NCBI GenBank assembly: GCA_039714255.1 | Contig: JBDLJQ010000009.1 | Span: 3,000-66,999, forward strand | DNA: 64,000 nt | Direction: 5' to 3' | Origin: Acidobacteriota bacterium | Lineage (GTDB): Bacteria; Acidobacteriota; Aminicenantia; UBA2199 | Part shown: piece by piece, positions 58,185 through 64,000 of the stretch | Layout: each line of letters opens with the position of its first letter | How positions within the stretch are numbered: the stretch's first letter is position 1 | Notes under the pieces: generated by a model | Told to the model about the DNA's origin: nothing | Database searches by the model: none | What the model saw: the letters and a program-made list of their open reading frames with translations, nothing else | Made by a program: the position numbers and the translations under genes

Positions 58185-59444
58185 TCACTTTTTATTTAAA
58201 CTATTCATTGCATCAATTTTTTCTTTTCCCCATAACATAACATTGGCCGGAGGCCTTTTGTTCTTCAGCTCATTGGCCATAAATTTCATATAGGGAGAAA
58301 CATGGCTGAAAAACAGTTTATAAGCTTCACACAAATAATTCAATCCTGCTTCTCCATCGGGCGTAGAGATAAACCTGTGCTTCGGACATTCGCCATGACA
58401 TAGTTTGACAAACTCACATACACGGCAAAATTCAGGTAGTGAATCTTTTTTATTAAGCCCGAATTCAACTTGTTCCGGTGATCCGAGCATATCTTTAAAG
58501 GTTTTATTTTGAATATTTCCGATCTTATAGTCTTCATACACAAAATGATCGCATGAGAAAACGTCCCCATTATGTTCAATAACATTTGCAGTTCCACATG
58601 TTTCATCAAAAATACATATCCCCGCCGGGGCTCCCACCCAGTTAGCAAGTGTTACATCAAATAATTGCACATAGTATCTGCCCACATCATTCAGGACCCA
58701 TTCATCAAATATGGCAGTTAGAAATTTTCCAAAGTCTTCCGGTTTTACCGACCAAGGTGTAATTTCAGCCTCATGAGGATAAACATGGTGAACAAGTTTT
58801 AATTTTTCTTCCCGCTTTGATCTCCGTTCAACTATTGGTATGAATTGGAGAAACCCGTCCCCGATCTCTTTCAGGAATTGATACACCTCCAGGGGATACT
58901 GCGATGTGAGATCATTTACCATGGAAAGTGTATTAAAGTCCACCTTATATTTATGTAAAAGTTCTATTCCCCGCATTACTTCTCTGAAAGTTGGCCTGCC
59001 CGATTTATCAGGCCTGTAAAAATCATGCAGTTTTTCCGGCCCGTCAATTGAGACCCCCACAAGAATATTGTTATCGGAAAAAAAATTGCACCAGTCATCT
59101 GTTAGAAGAGTACCGTTAGTTTGAAAGACATTTGCTATCTTTTTACCATTAGCATATTTATTTTGCAGTTCTATGGCTTTTTGAAAGAACTTTAACCCTA
59201 ACAGTGTCGGTTCTCCTCCCTGCCACGTAAAGGTTATTGTCTCTGCATTTTGTTCCTGTATATACTGCCTCGTAAAAACCTCCAATAAATCTTCTGTCAT
59301 AACAAAATCAGATGTGGAAGGATACAGGTTCTTTTTCTCTAAATAATAGCAATAAGTACAATTGAGATTACAGGTTGAGCCGGATGGCTTGGCAATAACA
59401 TTAAAAGCTTCCGGTGGGGTAAAATGCTTTCCTGTTTTATTCAT
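58185..59444 (-). CDS. Anaerobic sulfatase-maturating enzyme (radical SAM with SPASM domain)
   Basis: CNLNCTYCYY (CxxxCxxC). Additional Cys clusters in the C-terminal half (SPASM). 419 aa. Its stop overlaps the downstream GH29 start (ATGA). Confidence 0.8.
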   Translation of the reverse strand: MNKTGKHFTPPEAFNVIAKPSGSTCNLNCTYCYYLEKKNLYPSTSDFVMTEDLLEVFTRQYIQEQNAETITFTWQGGEPTLLGLKFFQKAIELQNKYANGKKIANVFQTNGTLLTDDWCNFFSDNNILVGVSIDGPEKLHDFYRPDKSGRPTFREVMRGIELLHKYKVDFNTLSMVNDLTSQYPLEVYQFLKEIGDGFLQFIPIVERRSKREEKLKLVHHVYPHEAEITPWSVKPEDFGKFLTAIFDEWVLNDVGRYYVQLFDVTLANWVGAPAGICIFDETCGTANVIEHNGDVFSCDHFVYEDYKIGNIQNKTFKDMLGSPEQVEFGLNKKDSLPEFCRVCEFVKLCHGECPKHRFISTPDGEAGLNYLCEAYKLFFSHVSPYMKFMANELKNKRPPANVMLWGKEKIDAMNSLNKK

Positions 59445-61261
59445 TTTAGTTTTGAAATTTTAATTGTCCATGCATGTGCACATGGCAGATCGTTAAAATA
59501 AATATCACTTAGATCAACATATAATTTATTATTTTTGTATGAATAATTCAAATTTCCTTCTCTTCCCAGGAGAGTTGCTTTCATATTTTTTCCCGGATCC
59601 GGGAAATCGATTACCAGTTCTTTGCCCGGCCATTCAAACATGATCAAATAAACATCATTTTTTTTTCTTGTATAGCATAGCCAGATGGCTTTTGACCGGT
59701 AAACTGCATTTAATCCATTTTCTGATGATCCGTTTTTTGAAATAAAAAGAGAGGAATAGGGGACAATCTCCCTGTTTATCCTGTTCGAAGACCAGTACAA
59801 ATGTGCTCTGGCATTTAACTTTGATTCATAATATTCCATCTTAAGGGAATATTTTATCCCTGCTTTAAGATGTATTTTTCCTCTCTCCCTGGAATAATTA
59901 AGATTACTCATAACATTTCCCTGGGCAGTGGAACTTACTTCTCCCCATTTTTCAATAACAATTTTATTATTTATCCGGAGGCGCATTGCATCATCCACTT
60001 CTGCTTCAAAAAAATACCAGCCCGTATAAGGTACGCTGATATAACCTGTCCATTCAGCTGTGAAAGCATCCTCGATTATCGGTTTCCCCGGTGAATTCCG
60101 AACCCAGTTAAAATTTATTTCCGGATCAATACGCTTCAGAATTACATCTTTTTCTTCAGCTTGTTTGATCCATGCTTTTGAATAAAAAATCGCCTCTCCG
60201 TTAATTTTCAACCATTTTCCCATATCAATTAACCGCTCCTGTTGCAGAAGAGGGATCTGGCCGTCAGAACGGGGGCCGATGTTGATCATTAAACCGCCCC
60301 CATGAGCCACCGATTTAACAAGAAGATGGATAAGATCAGAAGAGGTCATATAGGCATCAAGTTTTTCATTCCTGTTCAGGCCAAAACTTCTCCCCAGGCC
60401 TCGCACCTCTGCCCATGGGCGGTTGGATATTTTGAGACCTGCACTGTATTCCGGGGTCAGAAAACCAGTATCACTCCCGCTACCCCAGCGGTCATTAACA
60501 ATGGCATCATCGCCTACAAGATTGTAATACCAGGCAATCAATTCCGCTGCATGAAAATCATCGGCTTTATTAAACCACTCTCCATCAGAAAAGATAAGTG
60601 ACGGTTTATAGGCGCTGATAACCTCTTTAAATTGGGGGATCATATGCTGCTCCACATATTTACCGATCTTATTGTGTGGATCGGTGGACCACCTGTGCAG
60701 AGGGTTGTTCCATTCGGTCAGTGAATAATATAAGCCCATTTTCAACCCGGCTTTTCGAACTGCAATTGTAAGTTCCCCCACAATATCCCGCTTTGGGCCC
60801 ACATCCATACTATTCCATCCCGGAGCATATTTACTTGGCCACAGGCAATAACCGTCATGGTGTTTTGAAACAAATGTTACATATTTTGCACCACTCCGTT
60901 TAAATATATCCGCCCATTCATCCGCATCAAACAACTCGGCTTTAAAAAGGGGGGCATAATCACGGTATTTAAACTCTTCACCATAGACCCTTTTCTGAAA
61001 ATTAATACGTCCCTGGTCACCTGTTTGTAACCCCCGTAAAAACCACTCCGAATATTGTTCTTTACCACACCATGCCGGAACTGAAGAGACACTCCAGTGA
61101 ATAAAGATACCAAGTTTGGCATCTGTGAACCATTTGGGATATGGACGGGAATTTAGCGATTCCCAGTTCGCCTCATATTTCTTTCCGGTTTGAGCAATAA
61201 GATTTGAGCAGCTTAAAACAGTTATAAAAAACAATACAAAAATTTTACTTGATATTTTCAT
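59441..61261 (-). CDS. α-L-fucosidase, GH29, with a C-terminal β-sandwich (PA14/CBM-like) domain
   Basis: Signal peptide. SKHHDGYCLWPS. IFSDGEW. 606 aa. Confidence 0.75.
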   Translation of the reverse strand: MKISSKIFVLFFITVLSCSNLIAQTGKKYEANWESLNSRPYPKWFTDAKLGIFIHWSVSSVPAWCGKEQYSEWFLRGLQTGDQGRINFQKRVYGEEFKYRDYAPLFKAELFDADEWADIFKRSGAKYVTFVSKHHDGYCLWPSKYAPGWNSMDVGPKRDIVGELTIAVRKAGLKMGLYYSLTEWNNPLHRWSTDPHNKIGKYVEQHMIPQFKEVISAYKPSLIFSDGEWFNKADDFHAAELIAWYYNLVGDDAIVNDRWGSGSDTGFLTPEYSAGLKISNRPWAEVRGLGRSFGLNRNEKLDAYMTSSDLIHLLVKSVAHGGGLMINIGPRSDGQIPLLQQERLIDMGKWLKINGEAIFYSKAWIKQAEEKDVILKRIDPEINFNWVRNSPGKPIIEDAFTAEWTGYISVPYTGWYFFEAEVDDAMRLRINNKIVIEKWGEVSSTAQGNVMSNLNYSRERGKIHLKAGIKYSLKMEYYESKLNARAHLYWSSNRINREIVPYSSLFISKNGSSENGLNAVYRSKAIWLCYTRKKNDVYLIMFEWPGKELVIDFPDPGKNMKATLLGREGNLNYSYKNNKLYVDLSDIYFNDLPCAHAWTIKISKLK

Positions 61262-61305
61262 AAATAGTTCCTTTTGAATGTAATTATTTCAGCCTGAAAG
61301 GTGTT

Positions 61306-62772
61306 CTACTTTTTCCCTCCATTGTAATCCGGGTTTGGTTTTGGAAGCTTGGCACCGGTTTCTTTTAACCAAACATCGAGTTTTTCCTGTAATTCATTAA
61401 CTTTGTCAGGATTGCTTTCCGATAGATCATTTTTTTCCGATATATCATCTTTCAGGTTGTAAAGCTCAATATTATTTTCTTCATACCAGCGGATCAGTTT
61501 CCAATCACCATCCCGGATAATACTGTAGGGAGGAACACCACCTCCCCAATAATGGGGGTAATGCCAGTAAAGAGTTTTTCTATCCAGTTTATCACTGTTA
61601 ATTAATACCGGGATCAGGCTTTTTCCATCAACCGGCTTTTTTGAGGAAAGTTTTTGCCCGGTCATTTCACAGATCGTTGGAAGAATATCAATACTACAGG
61701 CCATTTCATCTGAAACGGAACCCGGTTTTATTTTTCCCGGCCATTTAACTATAAAAGGTTCACGAATTCCACCTTCATATGGGAATCCTTTTCCGGTTCT
61801 TAATGGTGTATTGTCTGTCCATTTAACCCGGGAACCTCCCCACAGGTGTAATTTTAATCCTCCATTATCTGAAGTAAATATAATTACCGTATTATCGGCA
61901 ACATCAAGTTTTTCTAATGTTGAGGTAATTTTGCCAACCGCTTCATCCAGGCTATGAACCATCGCCGCATATTCCGGGTGGAAATCTCTGTTTTTTGGGA
62001 TCTCTTTGTTTCGATAATATTCAATAAGTTCTTCTTTAGCCTGAACGGGCGTGTGGACGGCATAGTGAGCCATGTATAATAAAAACGGCTTATCTTGTTT
62101 TACAGCTTTCTGTATAAATCCGGAAGCTTCATCGGCTTCCCGGTCTGTCAGATACTCGCCTTTCCTTCTGTCCGGCATTGAAGGATTATTGTAGGGATCA
62201 AAGTAACTATCAGGCTCTCCATTCTGATATCCGCCAATATTATAATCAAAACCGTGAGTTTGCGGCCACCAGTCTTTTTTTCCAAGATGCCATTTGCCAA
62301 TATGGCAAGTTGTGTATCCTGCTTGTTTTAATAATTCTGCAATAGTAACTTCATCATGTTCCAGAAACAGATGGTTTTTCGGAGTGATTAATTTCTTATT
62401 AACGCTACTTTCGAAACCAACGGGCTGCTGCCCATTTTTAATTGGATACCATGGGTGGATCCAATTTGTAATTCCCAGCCTTGTCGGATACTTTCCTGTC
62501 AGAACTGATCCACGTGTTGGTGAACATACCGCACACGAGGCATATCCATTTGTAAATCTCATACCCCCTGCTGCAAGTTTATCTATGTTCGGAGTTTCAT
62601 AATAAGTATTTCCATAACATCCAACATCAGCCCAACCCAGATCATCAACTAAAATAAGAACAACGTTTGGTTTTGATGGAAACATTTTGCCTGTGCAATT
62701 AGAAAGCGCTAATCCTGCCGCTGTTAATCCAATATTTCGAAGAAATTTACGCCGTGGATATTTATTTGACAT
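61306..62772 (-). CDS. S1 sulfatase (Cys-type) with Tat signal
   Basis: The start was moved to the internal ATG (MSNKYPRRKFLRNIGLTAAGLALS) so that the gene no longer overlaps the upstream gene. CAVCSPTRGSVLTG. VDDLGW. Confidence 0.75.
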   Translation of the reverse strand: MSNKYPRRKFLRNIGLTAAGLALSNCTGKMFPSKPNVVLILVDDLGWADVGCYGNTYYETPNIDKLAAGGMRFTNGYASCAVCSPTRGSVLTGKYPTRLGITNWIHPWYPIKNGQQPVGFESSVNKKLITPKNHLFLEHDEVTIAELLKQAGYTTCHIGKWHLGKKDWWPQTHGFDYNIGGYQNGEPDSYFDPYNNPSMPDRRKGEYLTDREADEASGFIQKAVKQDKPFLLYMAHYAVHTPVQAKEELIEYYRNKEIPKNRDFHPEYAAMVHSLDEAVGKITSTLEKLDVADNTVIIFTSDNGGLKLHLWGGSRVKWTDNTPLRTGKGFPYEGGIREPFIVKWPGKIKPGSVSDEMACSIDILPTICEMTGQKLSSKKPVDGKSLIPVLINSDKLDRKTLYWHYPHYWGGGVPPYSIIRDGDWKLIRWYEENNIELYNLKDDISEKNDLSESNPDKVNELQEKLDVWLKETGAKLPKPNPDYNGGKK

Positions 62773-62785
62773 ATTTAACTCCAGT

Positions 62786-64000
62786 TCACCTTTTGCCAAC
62801 ATCTCTCCAGTATGAAACAGTGATTCCCAATTCTTCTCTTGCCGATTCAACTATTTTTTCTGCAGTCCCCAATGTTCTTATTTCCAGTTTTACCATCGGT
62901 TCTTTCCCTTTTTTATTAAATTTGCAGTCAAAAGTTATGGAATGTTCCCCTTTGTTTACTTTAAAATCAGAAGAGTCAAGGTTAAATTCACCAACAACCT
63001 GCCAGTTTTCATCATATACATACGCTTTTCCCCCTCCCTGATACTTTATGATCTCTCCGGTTTTTAAAGTCACCGGAAATTTTATCTCTTTATAATTATC
63101 TATCTCCATGGTAATTTCCGAAATATCGCTATCAACTGAATTCAGGATAAAACTCATGATCTGTTCTTTTCCCTCATTTTTGAAGATAAAAGTGGAATAT
63201 AGCGGCTCACCAGGCTGTCTTACTTTTTTCTCATGTTTAAACTTTCCTGAATATACTTGATATAAGTTCCATTTATGATCGTCGACCTTTTTAAGGGAAA
63301 ACTCCTTTTCCGTATCTTCCATTCTCTCTTTTTGTTCATCTGTAAATAAACCGGCAAGCCTCACCTTCTCCCATTCTCCGATCAACTCCAGAATTTTATC
63401 GGTGTTGCCATTTTTCTCAACAGACTCATAACTGGCCACAAATGCATAACCTGCATCAAAAGCAGCTGACCTTGCAAGAAGCCACTCAATATCTTCAATA
63501 GTTGTGCCGGGTGTCATTTTAAACCATCCTAACATGCCCGGCATAAAATTTCTTTTAAAATAGGGCTGATTCTTCAACCGGTATTGGGTCTGGCTTTCAC
63601 GGAAACCTGCATACCAGGGCTCACCCCAGTTCATACGGGAATAAATGTGCCAGAAAAAATGGGTAGTACAGCTCCCGTCAACTATCAAATCATTTTTTTT
63701 ATCATCAGAAAGGTAATTGTACCAGGTGTAGGGCATCAACGATTCACCATAACTTCCCAGGCCGGTTGAACGGTTTCCCTCCAGTCCATCAAAAGAGACC
63801 TGACGCAAACCTGTCCGGTTAAATAATTCCGCAATATTTTTTGATAATTCGATAGTTAAATCTGTTTCGGTTAAAAATACCTTATATGAATGGTCGAGCA
63901 ATTTTGAAATTTTATCCCCTTTCCTGTGAGAAAAAACTTTTGTTTTAAAAGCTCCACGCTTGCAATCCAATAATTTCCACGGAGGGGATGCAGATACTTT
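62786..64000 (-). CDS. Hypothetical protein, C-terminal part (at least 400 aa); the gene continues past the window end. It is the first visible gene of the minus-strand cluster.
   Basis: The minus-strand frame is open to position 64000. No motif was recognised. Confidence 0.4.
   Translation of the reverse strand, partial: KVSASPPWKLLDCKRGAFKTKVFSHRKGDKISKLLDHSYKVFLTETDLTIELSKNIAELFNRTGLRQVSFDGLEGNRSTGLGSYGESLMPYTWYNYLSDDKKNDLIVDGSCTTHFFWHIYSRMNWGEPWYAGFRESQTQYRLKNQPYFKRNFMPGMLGWFKMTPGTTIEDIEWLLARSAAFDAGYAFVASYESVEKNGNTDKILELIGEWEKVRLAGLFTDEQKERMEDTEKEFSLKKVDDHKWNLYQVYSGKFKHEKKVRQPGEPLYSTFIFKNEGKEQIMSFILNSVDSDISEITMEIDNYKEIKFPVTLKTGEIIKYQGGGKAYVYDENWQVVGEFNLDSSDFKVNKGEHSITFDCKFNKKGKEPMVKLEIRTLGTAEKIVESAREELGITVSYWRDVGKR

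Noticed and set aside
61306-62850. Sulfatase ORF start at 62850 overlapping the upstream gene by 65 nt
   Set aside because: The internal ATG at 62772 starts a canonical Tat signal (MSNKYPRRKFLRN), so the longer N-terminus is unlikely to be real.
1-64000. CRISPR arrays, tRNA, rRNA, transposases, integrases or phage genes
   Set aside because: No direct-repeat/spacer periodicity, no tRNA-like cloverleaf candidates in the few ORF-free gaps, and no transposase or phage-like ORFs were seen. The only recombinase is the chromosomal XerC/D type inside a housekeeping operon.
32541-64000. The locus as a recently acquired genomic island
   Set aside because: Base composition and codon style look the same as the housekeeping half. 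No flanking tRNA, integrase or direct repeats are visible in the window.

Overview
This 64-kb window comes from a low-GC (about 35%) genome that is probably a strictly anaerobic bacterium. Evidence for anaerobiosis: a tungsten-type aldehyde:ferredoxin oxidoreductase with a polyferredoxin, a radical-SAM anaerobic sulfatase-maturating enzyme, and pyruvate phosphate dikinase. The phylum cannot be called from the sequence; a sulfatase-rich lineage such as Lentisphaerota, Kiritimatiellota, Latescibacterota or Cloacimonadota is a guess.

The left half (1-32.5 kb) is mostly core genes. It holds a small ORF, a polyferredoxin and AOR in one operon; a RelE/RHH toxin-antitoxin pair flanked by related palindromes; and a DUF4143 AAA ATPase. 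It also carries a GDP-mannose-3,5-epimerase-like gene, pckA and tsaD, an EnvC-like M23 peptidase next to a YibQ-like deacetylase, and a dprA-topA-trmFO-xerC operon. Further along are HU; a membrane histidine kinase; an operon of ABC-2 exporter, secreted helical protein and prepilin peptidase; PPDK co-transcribed with a soluble HK-like protein; and a citrate synthase / isocitrate dehydrogenase / Ldh_2-family dehydrogenase cluster.

The right half (32.5-64 kb) is one continuous minus-strand gene cluster of about 31 kb. It looks like a sulfated-fucan (fucoidan-type) utilisation locus. It carries five S1 sulfatases with Tat-type signals, two of them with C-terminal discoidin domains, plus the anSME maturase. 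It also has three GH29-like fucosidases, a GH95-like, a GH2, a GH38-like and β-propeller hydrolase-like proteins, the L-fucose permease FucP, the mutarotase FucU, and an unusual cytidylyltransferase-GHMP kinase fusion. No SusC/SusD pair and no regulator are visible in the window. The cluster also contains a 34-codon relic that fuses a Tat-signal start to a sulfatase C-terminal tail, which looks like a collapsed sulfatase paralog.

No rRNA, tRNA, CRISPR array, transposase or integrase was recognised, apart from a chromosomal-type XerC/D recombinase.
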